This document shows positions 49,883 through 63,576 of a DNA stretch of 64,000 nt, piece by piece. The notes under the pieces are model-generated. The model was not told where the DNA came from, searched no databases, and worked only from the letters and a program-made list of their open reading frames with translations. The translations under genes were made by a program, and so were the position numbers. Origin of the DNA: Atractiella rhizophila (lineage: Eukaryota); contig MU271402.1 in assembly GCA_021432655.1 (NCBI GenBank), positions 1 through 64,000 on the forward strand, given 5' to 3'. Within the stretch, counting starts at the first letter, position 1, and every line of letters begins with the position of its first letter.

Positions 49883-52800
49883 ATGTTTTCCTTTCCCTCC
49901 CTCTTATCCACCCATCTCCAACGGCGATTCTTATCTTTTCTGCTGAAGAGAGCGCTGGGAAAGTTGGTGAAGGGTGGAGAGATCGAGATGGACAAGGTGG
50001 AGGCTGATTTGGGGAAGGGCAGAGTGGCGGTCAGGGATTTAGAGATTGAAGTTGGGGGAGAGGTATGTTTCTTGCTTTCGTATTGTCATGTGTAGGACAG
50101 AATGTCGAGAGTGGGATGTGGTTGAACCTGTCGAGCTATGTTTCTTGACTCAGACTCTGTTACGTATTCGTTTGCACTTTCAGAGTTTGAGAGTGAGGAA
50201 GGAACCGTGGCGGAGGTGATGATAGTATACGCATTTTGTTGCTCGTTAGATCAACATGAGGGATTAAAATCTTCATTTTAACCTTTCTGTGGGATCAATC
50301 AGCAAGCTGAGAGCATAACCATGTTCCGGAATGGAGACACATCTATGCTTCACTTCTTTTGTCTTTGTAGGAGTTTGGCTATCGCCCAAACTCCATATGC
50401 TAGCTTACGCCGACCTCAACTTTGCAAGCCGAGTGTGAGTCAGACTAGTTGCATTCTTCAGTTCTGTCTGTGGTTCAGCACGAAGAGATAAAGTATTTGT
50501 TATGCTTTGTAAGGTGCTGTAATTCTTCCGTCCCTTTTCACGATCGGCACGAACCCGTCCGTATGCGAAGATTATGCCTATCGCTTCAGCAGAACTGTGA
50601 TGGATTACGCCACTGGCAATAGCAATAGTAAGGTCTGCGGACACAGCGTTGGGTCAGCCATGACTGTGGTCAGTCGTGTCCGCATCCGGTGACCAGAATG
50701 GCAACAGCTTGAGGCACCACAGTCGGTCTGTCTGCTCTTTGGTTCCCGAAGATGAGACAGGCACTTTGAGCTTCAGTTACGTATCTTTATTTGGTTTTGA
50801 GCTATGAAGTATCTGTTGCTCATTTAGATGGGTTCTCAATATTGCTGCTGCTTCATCCACCCTCCAACTACGTGTATGCACGTTGCTTGTAATAGGAAAA
50901 GAAAAGCTGTGAGGAATTGATAGATACCACTTGGATGCAACTCTCTCTTATCGTGACTCCGTTGTTAGCATCGACTGACTTTGACCGCTAGCTATTCACA
51001 AAGCATCTCCCTCCCAGTTTTCCCTTTCGGCTTATATCCGGCCGAATAGGATTGATCTGCCTTACCATCCAGTGGACCTTGTTCTCCTCGAGTTCTACCC
51101 CCACAACGCCATTAACATTCGAAGTTTCCGATGTCTCTCTGGTCTTCGAAACCCGGTCTCCTTCATCATCATCACTTCCGCTCTCAACGTTGGATGTGGA
51201 GGAAACCTTAAACTCGACGCTCAATTCAGTGACGGAAGAGTTTGTCCGAAGGGAGCTGAACCGGGAAGAGGAGGAGGAATTGAGAAGAGAAGTCCGGAAG
51301 AGCAAGAGTATAGCTTCAATACGGAGCTTAGCAAATTCGGAACAGATGGACGTACCTGGTGCTTTTGGAGGTAGCCCTTATGAATACGTCCCTCCTGAGC
51401 TTCCCGACGACGAGGACGCCGCTGAAATCACACTCTTGTCGAGCGCGATTGATCGGCTGCTCAAGAATCTTAAAGTAAGGATCGAAAGGGTGAATGTCAG
51501 GATTCAGGAAGGGGCTGCCGGCGGAGGCAACGATGACGATCCATTCCGAAATCCAGACTTGGACAAGTCAGAAGTTGGAATTCAAATGGAGCTTCGGGTG
51601 AAGGAAATCGGGTATGAGGTTGAAACTCCGGCATTGTTGGAGGTGCCAACGGGCTCTGAAGAACCTCCGAAACCAGTCTTCCCTCTTCGTACTCTTCGAA
51701 TATCGCCACCGGAACTTCATCTACTGCGTCCAGCTCAACAGCAGAAAGAATCTTCACCATCCGTCGCAGAACCTGAGGATAATGACAATGCATCCTCTTC
51801 GTCTGAAGGCAGTTCGGAGGGAAGCGAGATAGAGATGATGAGCTCTGGGATAGCGGACCTTCGGGAGAGCCAAGCTTCGAGATTGAGCCATAGGACATCA
51901 TATCAGAGCTTTTACTCCTTCCACGACGCTTCCAGCCGTTTCATGGACACGGAAGAATCTGATCATGCTGGCACAGACGGCACGGAGGAGGACGAAGGGA
52001 CATGGGAGCTCCTGTGCTCGTTCGGAACAGAAGATATCATGATTCGGATGGACTCGAAGACGGGAGATATAAATGTCCAGATGGGCACTTTTCAGCTTTT
52101 GGCAACCCCGGATCAACTTGCCATTTTGCAAGAGTTTCTCGATAAGCTTCCTGCCGACAATGCCCAAGATTACGATCTGGATGATACCACTCAACTCGAT
52201 CCTAAGACTCAGAGGAGAGGGAAGCGAGCGACGAATCTCACTGTTCTATGCAAAGCGGTCAATGTCGTCGTTATCAACCAAAGGATGTTTTCAATGGATC
52301 CCAGTTGGACAGACGTGAAAGAACGATTTTGGTCAAGTGCTCCTCACAGCGGTACATTGGCCGACGTCCCCCATTTTCGTTTAAGAGCTGACAGGCTCGA
52401 TTGTGAGGTCACAAAGCATCCTGATGGTGACGTCGAAGCCTCCTTTAGAGTGACCGACTTCAGCGTATCTGAAGGTATCTCAACCCCAAGTGGATACAGG
52501 ACAATACCAGTGGTTATATTCGATCCTAACCTTGCCCAGCAGTACGACTTCACCCCCAAGGCACCGTTTCCTTCGTATCCCTCAGCGGATTTCTTACTCC
52601 TCCCCCCCTCGAAGTACAAGCCTCATGGGAAACCGAGACTTCGAAGAAGCGTCCCCGTAGTCCCTTCGCATGCTGTTAGCCTACGGAGAATGCACAACGG
52701 GAGGCTGAGCTTAGACCTCGCTCCCGTGAGACTTTTCGTGGATTTGAGCCTGTTGGAGCGTTTGACGCCACTGCTAGAGGTATTGAGGCGTCGACGGAAA

Positions 52801-55800
52801 AGGGAGCGTGATGGGAGTGAAACTGCTAGTGAAGGGGCGAGGACTCCGAAAGGGGCCACAGATTGGGAAAGGCGTCATAGCGAAGGCGAAACTGTTCTGG
52901 AGGATCTCAAGAAGAGTTGGAGGCGGGAGACCCAGCCAATAAGCGAACCGGAGGTTTCGTTGAAGGTTACATTTATCAGAATCGACCTTCGCTGTCCTGC
53001 CACGTTCCCCCGACGGGAAAGCTCTGACACCTGGCCACCACCGCTTCGATCGGGAATAGTAACCCTGGACGTACATGGATTCCAAGTTCTTATGCGAAAC
53101 GATGAAAACGCGCTCGAGGGACCCGACCGACGTTTCGACGCGTTTTGGGAAAATGCCTTTCTCTTTTACCTACCGGCTTCGGGAAACTTGAGCGGCTCTC
53201 TGCTGGCGCTCTCCTCTCTGAGCGGAGACGTTGGAAGTTCAACCGTGAACGCTCAATCTAGCCGGCTTCCTACCGTGTCTTTTGTCCCTTCTTCGTCAGG
53301 CGAAGAGCCTTCCACAATCGTGGTCAATATACCTTTTATTCAGGCGAATATATCTAAACCAACACTGGATGGGCTCATTCTCCTTGCAGACGACCTTGCT
53401 CTTTGGGCCGCTCGCACGTTCGATGACTCTCCTTCAAGCACAGAGGTTTTGGGTAGCCGCTTTTTTACTGCCAAAAGCTTTGTTCGACGACCGCCTGATT
53501 TAAGAAACGTTTCAGAGGCAAGCTCGGAGGTTTTGAGCCAGGGAGCAAAGAAGAAGATGCAAATCAAGGTGAATTTGACCGAAGGTGAGTATGCCTGCTT
53601 TACTCGAGTAAAGACCTAAAACTCCACTCGGTTAGTAATCGCTCAACTCCAGATACCAAAGCAAGGCTTAGAACCTCAGACCCGTAGCCTTCGAGCAGGT
53701 TTGTCTGACGCTGAAGTCGTGCTTGAGACTGGCCGTGATGGCAAGGTAGTGTGATAGTCGCCTTCTAGCGAAGACTGACGTTGTTGTAGGATCAAATGTT
53801 CATCAAATTCGAAACAATGGACATGTTCTTATCAGACGTTACATTGCCGGAGGAGACCCGAGTGATTGTCAAGCGGACGTTCCCACAGAGTTTGGTATGC
53901 ATTGCCTCGATTTTCTGCTCCAGCTACTAAAATGTACATTCAGATGCATGGCCATCGTCCAGCCGTCCTTGTCAAAGTTTTATCGACCACTGAATCCGGG
54001 ACGAGGCTCAAGGAGTCCAGAATTTCAGCTCAGTTTGCCAAACTCACCTACTTTTTTACGCCAGATCTCCAGTGGATAGAAGACGTATCCGCCTATGGCA
54101 AATCTCCTGAGGGTGCCTTCGAGAACGCCGTTCCTAACGAGCTTACGAAAATCAGGCTACGTTTAATTGACGTATCGCTGCATCTCACACCACCTTCATC
54201 CAGTTCTCGGCTCGTCGCAACAGTGGAGGATCTGGAGCTCAGTACCAACCTCATGCCCGACGTACCTCGAACTCATGCGAAAGTTTCTATTCAAGAGCTG
54301 CATGCTCTTCTGATCGACAGTGTTCAACCGGAGATTCCCTCTCATCGTGAAGCAGGCTTGGAACGGCCTACTGACTATTGGAAGGTTCGCACACCCTTCG
54401 AGTCATAACCGTGCTAACGTTGCAAAGATCGCTGGATATGCCGAAGTGATCTCACTCGAACGAGCCACCATCCTCTTGGGCTTGGGCAATGGCCTAGTTC
54501 TTCCTGATTTAGAGGCACGCGTTTTCTGTCTCGGGCCTGCTCCCTTTCTCACGGAGATATAGGTGCTTATCGAAGACACGTCCTGTATTGTTTCCGTCTG
54601 CGCTGATTCCTTGATCACGGTAGGGGAATTTTTTGGGGACCTGTCGAAGTTTGGAAGCGAACGTACAGCGTACGTCCAATGCTTGAAAGTTCCTAGCCGT
54701 TAACAATTATGACAGCAATCACATTAATCGGCGACGGTCTCGAAAGATGAAAGCATCCACGGATTTACTTGGTGCATCCCCATTACCCTCGCTTTTAATC
54801 GCAGTTTGATAGTCTTATTAGCAAACATCGAGAAGAAGGCATTTGTGAATGCCCCCCTTTTCGATGATGAGCCAGACTTTCTTCCAGACAACATCCCGAG
54901 CAACTTAGAGTATCTTCTCAATGCTCGACGCCAGCGACGTGCAGATCAGACACCTTCGGAAATCCTTGGATCATCGATACATCCACAGGAAACAGTCATC
55001 TCCAACATCGAGGGCGAAACGATTAAGATGCTTGATGCAGGAGGGATCAATCTTATTGAGGACTATTTCCGTACACCGAAACACATAGACACCGATGGCG
55101 ATGATGGGTACGTACTTTCTCCATGACTTACCCTGCTAAATAGGCTATTAGACCCTTAGCCAGCTCCATCCGCTGCACCATCAACAACCTGGACTTTCGA
55201 TTCCACCTCTATCGCGGATTCGACTGGGTGATCACTCGGAAACGTCTGGAAGAGCAAGCTAAGGTTGTCCGTCGACGTCTGATGAAGATACGGCAACTAC
55301 TAGCCAACGGACAAACACTAGATGAAAGCCTACAGCAAGGAGGTGGATCGGTACTCGATTCTGATGAGCTTGGGCTGCCTGCGGATGCGAGGAACATGAG
55401 CGCGAACGATCTCATTACTCACATCGATGAAGAGTTGCGAGACGATATCTCTGAAACGTCATCACAGCACTCTATGACCTCTTCGACAGCGAGCAGCGGG
55501 TGGGAAACGAATTTCTCTGGTCCCAAACCGCCTCCGAAACGAGTGTCCTTCCCGCGATCGCTCAAGCAAAGCGCACGGCCCCGTTCCAAGAAGAACTCCC
55601 TTGAGTTCAACCTCCTCAACGTTGCCTTACGATTTGAAGGCTTCCCAGATCCGTCACCGACTAAGAGCAAGATTCGATTAGAAGTCGACAACTTCAACAT
55701 TGTAGACAACATCAAGACATCAACCTGGCATAAGTTCCTCACTGAATTGCGAACCAGTGACGGGGGAGTTGTCCGCGCTACTGGATCACCAATGGTGCGC

Positions 55801-57082
55801 ATGGAGATGAAGACCGTCCGTCCATCGACTTCTGGTGAAGAAGTCGTTCTCAGGGTATGGCTTCTTCTCAGCCAGGGCTACTTTAACCTCTGCGGCTGTT
55901 GCAGGTCAAAATATTTCCGATTCGCTTGCACGTGGATCAAGATGCACTAGACTTCATGAAAGCCTTCTTTGCCTTTCAAGTTCCAGGCTCACCACCCCCT
56001 TCACCTGCCCTGACGGCAAAAGAGGAAGGTGGTCAAGCGTTCCTTCGTACGCCTCTAACTCCAACCTTACCATTCAGCATCAACTGATGGGCGTCGACTC
56101 TGTCACAGAGCGTGTCGAGATATGGCCCGTTAAGATTAAGATGGACTACAAACCTAAGAGGGTCGATTATTCCGCTCTGCGACAAGGCAAGACTATCGAA
56201 TTGATGAATTTCTTCCACTTTGAAGGATCGGAGATGACTCTACGGCATATAACTGTCAACGGCGTGCGTTCATACCTGTTCAGCGCTTTGGTCATTCACA
56301 CCTCATGATGCGTTTGGTATAGATATCAGGGTGGTCAAAGATGGGCGACCTTCTGCAAGATGTTTGGACTCGCGATGTGAAGGCAAACCAGCTGTCGGAT
56401 GTCATTTCCGGCATTGCTCCAATCCGCTCTGTAGTGAACATAGGCACCGGAGTCGCAGACCTGGTCCTCCTTCCCATCGAACAGTACAAGAAGGACGGTC
56501 GCCTCATTCGCGGCTTGCAGAAAGGAGCAGCATCCTTCGCGAAAACTACAGCTTTGGAGACAATTAAACTGGGAGCCCGACTGGCCACTGGGACTCAAGT
56601 CATTCTGGAGCAGGCGGAAGCCGTTCTGGGGGCTAAATTCCTATCCAATCTCACTGCGGAAACCATTGCTGATACCGCGCTGGACATGGGAGGAGGCGAC
56701 ACGGATGAATCCGATAACGAGTTCGAAGCAGTTAGTCGTTACGCCACTCAGCCAGCGGACATTATAGAAGGCCTTCAGTCAGCATACAAGAGTTTTGGAG
56801 GAAATTTGCGAGAGGCAGCCCAGACCATCCTCGCTGTTCCCATGGAGGTGTATGAGCGGTCCAGCTCTGATGTACATTTGCTTCTTCCCTAGTATCTAGC
56901 TCCGCTGACTTGATTGCTTGTAGGGCCGAGCGAGAGCAGTCGTTCGAGCCGTCCCGATCGCAGTCATCCGACCAATGATTGGAGCGACGGAGGCAGTCTC
57001 AAAAACCTTGCTGGGGTTACGGAATACATTGGATCCCGAAGCGCAAGATGAAGACGCTGACAAGTACAAACGGAGAACGTAA
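49883..57082 (+). CDS. ATG2: Autophagy-related protein 2 (lipid-transfer protein)
   Basis: Chorein-N LQRRFLSFLLKRALG; IVDNIKTSTWHKFL; PIRLHVDQDALDF; KMDYKPKRVD; ELMNFFHFEGSEMTLRH; C-terminal AVVRAVPIAVIRPMIGATEAVSKTLLGLRNTLDP...KYK. Confidence 0.95.
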
Positions 57083-57534
57083 CGAACGAATTTAAGATAA
57101 CGACCAGTACGGTTTGGTTCTTGCTTCCTTATCCTGTAGCAGTAGCTATTTCTCTTCTCAGTCGCATACTCTCGCATGTTGTTCAATTTCAATGGGTATC
57201 AGTCCTCGCATTTTTGTACAAATCTCTCTCATGCTTCCCGAGTTCTCTCACATTCATTCACAATTCACCCGTTCACCCTTAACTCTCATCCAGAGTCATG
57301 CGACCACCGTTCTTGACAACCTTTGTTTGGTGATAACGTATGATATATATACCTTAATTGCATTGCATCGCTTCCATGTAAGGAGCAACTCATTTCCTTG
57401 CATAATATTTGGAGCTCATATTAACTTAATCTGGTCCTTCGGTTCGTTGATATGTTAACAGGATAGTTCCTTGCATACATCGCAAATGATGGTGAAATTT
57501 GTCCAAACGTCCACAGTATGAAAGTTATCTGAAA

Positions 57535-59722
57535 TCACCCATCATAAAGCTCACCTTTCCTCAAAGGGACCACCTCATCCTCTCTCCCGAAAGCAGCAAC
57601 CTTCCCCTCCCCCTTCCCCTCTCTCAAAAACTCTCCAAATCTCACCTTCTCCCTCCTCAACGCCTCCGCCGTCGTGCTCCCTACCGTCGTCCCTTTCGAT
57701 AATGCGTCAAAAGCGGGATTGCGAGTTGTGACTATGAGCTGGGAGAATATGGGACCGGTAGGCGCAATGGAGAGGGAGAGCGCGCTAAGAAAACATTAGA
57801 AACCGTCAACTATGGCGGACTGGGGTCAAACGTACCGCAATCCAAAGAAGCAACAGAGCAAAGCGGCAGATAAAGCGGCGAGATAACTACTGAGGAGGAT
57901 AACGGGCTGATAAACGAAGACTGTCTGAGTAATAGTGCTCGTGCAGACCCCGTCCTGAGTTTGGGTTGAAGGAAAAGTCAAGGTGGAGATGGTGACGTTG
58001 GCCATTACTTCCGGTACGACCTCCTCCATTGGTCTAAGCACGTCCACCCTATCACGCCCGATCCGCACAAGTCCCATGCTAGCGATAAATGCTGGGATCC
58101 GAAGCTCGTGGCCCCAGCCTTCCTCGTAATCTTGCGCTATGGTCACTTCACCCTTGAACAATTCGTTCACCACGTCCAAGGTGGCTTCGTTGAACTCGCT
58201 CATGTCTATCTCCTTCGTTTCGACGATTGTAAAACTGTAAGATGGGATGGAGGAGACGTAGTCGAAGGTGACATTATAGGAAGCATTGACAGGTTTGCAC
58301 ATGATCGTAATTAGGCAGCTGACGTCCTGGCACGTCGTTCCCGGAGTGGAGTATTGCATCCAAAGGTCTGAGTACCCATCGATGACGAAATTTTGTTCTT
58401 CATTCACCGTCCATATGACTGTAGCATCGTCAAGGCCATCTTGCTTGCCGCAATATTGGTTGGGACAACGATAAATGGATTGGTCGTCTAGTTTTGCCGC
58501 GAGCATTGCGTCCCACCTGATCAATGCTTCACGATCAGACAAATTAGACTGAGGAAAAGTCAAGCGGAATGAGACCTACTCCGACGCTTCCTTCCCCATA
58601 CACTGAAATCCAGGCGCCCAAAAGGCTGAAGCCGTGGTACAGTTCGCCTGGCATCCTTGTGGAAGAGGGACGGACAGCGGCGCACCTGCAGTCGCAGTTT
58701 GCCTCGAAAGTCTCCAGAAATCTGTAGTTGGACCCAAGTAATCACTCTCGTCGAATTCTGTAAAGGACTCTGAAGGCGTCCATATTCGCACTTGACACGG
58801 TCTTTGGATAGGTTCACTGGTTCGTATCTCGACTCGCAAACTACTAGGCGTGAAAAAGAGGACAACACCCACGGTCCAACCGATCAGTGAAACAAGGAGT
58901 GCGAGAGGAGCTTGGACGATGAGAGAGTGATGGAGAAAGTGTAGGGGATTAGAAGGGAGGCTGAAGAGGGAATCGATGTTGTCGATACGAAGGAAACGGG
59001 TGCGAAGCGTGTGCCAGAGAACTTCTTGGAACGAGACGGCAATGGCAATGGAAAGGGCAGATTTTACAACGAACACTAGAGATCGAATCAATTGGAGGCA
59101 ATAAAGTTGAAAGAAGAGGGAGGCACCTGCGCCCGTGGATAACGTGCTAATGAGTGTCTGAGAGTGAGAGGAGATCGGGGAATTGTGCAGAGATGAAAAA
59201 ACGAAGTGATGCGCTAAAATGAGAGCCTGACATTTAGTCAGTCACACAAAAAGGAATTTGGGAAAGGAAGCGGACGAATGCCAGAGCCGTGCAAGCAACA
59301 ATAGTCTCAACCGGGCCTGCGAGAGTTCTGAGGAAGCGGCGAGGTTTGGATTTAATACCTTGGGTATTGGCGCGTACTTCACTTGCGTTGTTCTAATGTT
59401 GTTGAAAGTTAGGCATGAACCCTCATGTAACACAGAGCGTTGGCGAACATACCTCTTTCTCGACGTAAGTAACTGTTGAAGCTATGCTTGATGAACCAGT
59501 AGAATCTCGCTTCACCTTTTCGGTTTCGTTCCTCCCATCGGCGCTCTGTTCCTTCCAAGAAATTTAGCACCACAACGGTGCAAAATGACAACTGCTTACT
59601 TGGTCCGATCTCCACCATGTATTGAGAACCTCAACTTCATCATGGTTTTGGTAGATTGACAAAGATCGATGTCGGTAGATATCGTCACGCTCGAAGAAGT
59701 CGTAGGAATTTCCTGTTTGCAT
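57535..59722 (-). CDS. Conserved fungal multi-pass membrane protein of unknown function
   Basis: SFQEVLWHTLR...IDSLFSL...FTPSSL, VFVYQP..LL..Y, FSQLIVTTRNP..D, VRFGE and AAFG..EV..LRKG motifs. 5' exons approximate. Confidence 0.75.
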
Positions 59723-60992
59723 TCGTAACAGTTATGGTAGGACAAAATTCACAAAACGGAGAAGCAGCGCTGGCAGCTGCTTGGGTATCTGGTATCTCTT
59801 CCACACGAAGCCAGAGGGACGCGCATTGACAGTTCTTTTATACTTTACGATGATCGTATCATGAAAGGAGGGAACAAAGGGGCACTAATGAAAGTCGAAA
59901 TCGTGCTGTTTAGCGTGACATGTGCCGTCGATAGAAGCAATCGGTAGCACAGCTCATTTCAGGTTCAACAAAGGGGAGAAATGCCGTCGCATACTCCTAT
60001 GGAGTCGAAACCACGAAATAGGACATATCCTCGCTTACAGTAGTAGATTAGAAGCGAGCAACCGCTTTACACATCGCTGGCTGACCTAGGGAGGTGAGCT
60101 TCGCATATGCATATGATGAGTCATGAGTTCATTCTGCATCTTCATCGTCATCGATGTTATGTGGGGACGTCGTATTGTTAGGGCTACAGCTGAGACTACT
60201 GGTAACGCATCAGCCGATCTAACTATTAGCCTACAAATTATCAAAGAGCAAAGTCTGTGAGGTTCCACATATCGATCTCCTCTTCAACTCATCGCCCTGA
60301 TATCTTTTTCAATCTTCACCACCATGCACAGTGTACCTGCTGACTTTTCTCATAGCAAGTACCGAAGCGTTTAAATCAAGCGGCGCAGTGAAGGATCGGC
60401 TTTCTTTGAGCGACAGGTGGGAATGACATCCCAGGCTCACAAACTGAATCATGCTCTTGGTATCTTGTCAGTGTGGCCCGTTTTCAACCAGGCTCTGGGA
60501 ATCATCCTGGCAGCAGCATTCCGTACCAGCTGGGCTGAGGCAAGGACCGCTTGCCCAACTCGCACGACGCACGCCAAGGCGATCTTTCATGCCATGCAGT
60601 TGCCTGTATTCCTTAACACCTCACCTCAATCCTCAGTCGAATCTGGTTCTTCGTTATTCTACTACATCGTTAGCTTATGTCATTCCCCTTTCAAGTTTCA
60701 GCGCGGTCGGCATTTACGAACTCTTTGTCACGCGGAAGTATCGCATGATGCCGCATGCGCGTAGGTTAAAAATGAAAGGGATAAGCTGACGACTTTCACT
60801 ACTGTACTTCAGAGCCGGTTGGCGCTGTTACCGGTTTTCTCTGCCAAAACTTTTTTCTGGAGCGAGCCTCGCATACTGCACCAGAGACCGCGGTAAGGTA
60901 CATAGATGAAAGGGTTCAGTAAAACCATTTATATACAATTCCCTCGTTCTCTGCAGCCCGACCAGTCCCAGTTCCCGTGTACCGTTTAGCCA

Positions 60993-63405
60993 ATGGGTAG
61001 CATCATCCACTCTGACTATCCTTTCAGTGAGAGGAACATCCCCCAGGATGTACGTTCCTCGCTCGATATTCTGCGAATGCTGTAAATGCTAATGGTGGAA
61101 CAGATCTCGAGCTACAGGCTCATCTTTCATTCTTTAAAGAAAGAGGATGAATCCAAATTTGCAATACACGATTGTTCTATCGACCGTGGCCTAACGTGAG
61201 TCTCATCGTAGCCTCCTGACACATACCTCAAGCAGATTGCAAAACAGGTATTCTGAGCTGAACACCCACGTAACTCGAATATCCTCCTCTCTCACTTCTA
61301 CGCTCAGCCCTAACAGCCGCATCGTGCTCTTCTCTACCAATTCACTCCACTTCCCGGCGATCATCCTCGCCTCACAACGCTCCGCACTCACAATCTCTCT
61401 CCCATCCAGCGCGCTAACAGCTGAAGAACTCTCTAATGTGCTCAAACCCCTGATGCCCATAGGATTGGTGCTCTGTGGGAAGGGGTTAAAAGAAAGAGTC
61501 CTTCAATCACGCATTGCTGTAAAGACGATAGAGGTGGAGAGTGATGAATGGGAGGAGTTCTTAAGGCTTGGTAAGGGGAAGGAAGGCAAGAGTGAGCGGC
61601 CGGTGAGAGGCGACGAGGTTGGATGTGCGTTCATAGCCACATGCTTCCCTCGAATCGCACTGACGTGCCAGATAGTTGTGCCTTTCTCTTCAGGGACTTC
61701 GGGAGTTCCTAAAGGCGTCTCTTTGACTAGACGTAACGTCAATATGGCTATTGTGCAACTAACCGAAATCGACACTGTAGTGAAGCACGGACACAGGAAC
61801 CTGAATTTTCTCGTATGCAGCTTTTATCCGCATGTTGCTTAAAAATAATTGCCGTTGATAATGATTGGCACAAAAGCCCATGGTGAGTCCAGAATCTCAT
61901 TTGACAAAAGTTACCCTGAAATCTTCTCAAAGGCACATATCTACGCAATGGGGTCCGCACTTCTGCCTTAAAGCGCCATTCAATGTTGACTTGTCAGCCG
62001 CAGGATATTACACGGGACCCTTTTACAAAGAGGAACGTTGTTTTTCGCTTCATCTTGGGACGTGGAGCTCTTCGTTCGTTCTATAGACCATTATCAAGTC
62101 GAGGTCTGTTACGGTTCTTATTCCACATTGTATCCTGATGAATGGTTGTAGACTTGCTATATCGTTCCACCATTGGCTTTAGCAATGATCGCACATCCTC
62201 AGATGAGTCTCAACGACCATTCAAAACTTCGTTACATCATTTCAGCGGCTGTAGGTCTCTCCCACAAACCCTTCATGTGTGCTATTTTTACACCTACTCA
62301 TCGACTTGTAGGCACCTCTACCCCTTGATGTAGCGAACAGGCTCCAGGCGAAATTCAACGGATGCAAAGTGTGCGAAGGTCTTTGTCTTCTCCAATGCCA
62401 CTATGATCTTCTGACTAGTTTTCTGCCCAGGTTTTGGAATGACAGAGACCGCAACTGTTGCACTGTGCGTGCCATTTGTACTACGCGCTCTGTCTTAAAC
62501 TGAAGCTTTGAGCAGAGTTCCCGATCCGGAGCATCCTAGTCATACCCTTGGTTCGCTAGGAAGACTCGCACCTGGCATGCAAGCTCGTTTGGTGAACCAC
62601 TCGACTGGCATGGAAGTAGCATCAGGAGAAGCTGGAGAGCTATGGCTTAAGGGACCCGTGAGATTTCAGCTCACCACCACTGTTGTTTGATCCATAGATT
62701 TCATTGCAGAACGTCATGAAGTAAGTCTGAGATTTTCGTTGTCATAATTGCTCATTATGATTGCTGTAGAGGATACTACAACAATCCGAAAGCTACCGAG
62801 GAGACCATTGTCGCAGGAGGATGGTACAAGACTGGAGATATTGTTTCTTACGACCCTCAAACTGGTAAGTTCTCTCTGTCGTCTTTAATTATCTCTCTTG
62901 AAAAAAGTGCAGGATTCTTCAAACTAGTAGACCGTGTCAAGGAACTGATTAAATATAAAGGCATGTCATGATCATTTTTTTTGCTTGACACTCTAGATGA
63001 CCAAATCTTGACAGGGTATCAAGTCGCACCAGCTGAGCTTGAAGGTGTTCTCCTACAGTGTCCGCTTGTTCTTGATGCCGCAGTAATCGGTATCATTTCA
63101 GACAAAGAAGCGACAGAGCTACCGCGAGCATACGGTGCGCCGTCTTCTATCTCCAAATCGTTCTGCTCAATCAAAATCTGGGAGTAGTTGTTCCTAAAGA
63201 CCCCTCACATCCGCATCACGATCTGTCGTTGCAGATCCAAGCCTTCGTCGCCAGTCGTGTCGCACATTACAAGCGCCTTCGCGGTGGGGTCAAGGTGGTT
63301 GCAGTGATTCCAAAGAATCCAACGGGAAAGATTCTGCGGCGAGAACTCAGGGCGTTGGCCGCCACTGAGGTGGTGGATAATGGTCCACGAAACTCGAAGT
63401 TGTGA
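60993..63405 (+). CDS. 4-coumarate-CoA-ligase-like acyl-CoA synthetase, peroxisomal (PTS1 -SKL)
   Basis: PFSSGTSGVPKGV, GFGMTET, GELWLKGP-NVMK-GYY, GWYKTGDI, DRVKELIKYKG-YQVAPAELE, IPKNPTGKILRR, ending NSKL*. Confidence 0.92.
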
Positions 63406-63576
63406 GGTACTGAGGCAAGATACACCGAGACAACGCTACCAGTATATAACTGAAAGATTTGGTGAAGATTGCTCTCACGATAAACCACTTGGCTGGGTGG
63501 CACAGTGCAGCAGCTTCCTACACATTCCAAGTTGTTTCACGGTTGCAAAACGTGTTTAACAATCTGACATCAATTA

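Noticed and set aside
50290..50350. TPP riboswitch, telomerase RNA or U17/snR30 in the ATG2 intron
   Set aside because: CTGAGA..ATAACC is present but the downstream TPP core is not. I saw no TAACCCT template or AUAUUCCUA motif.
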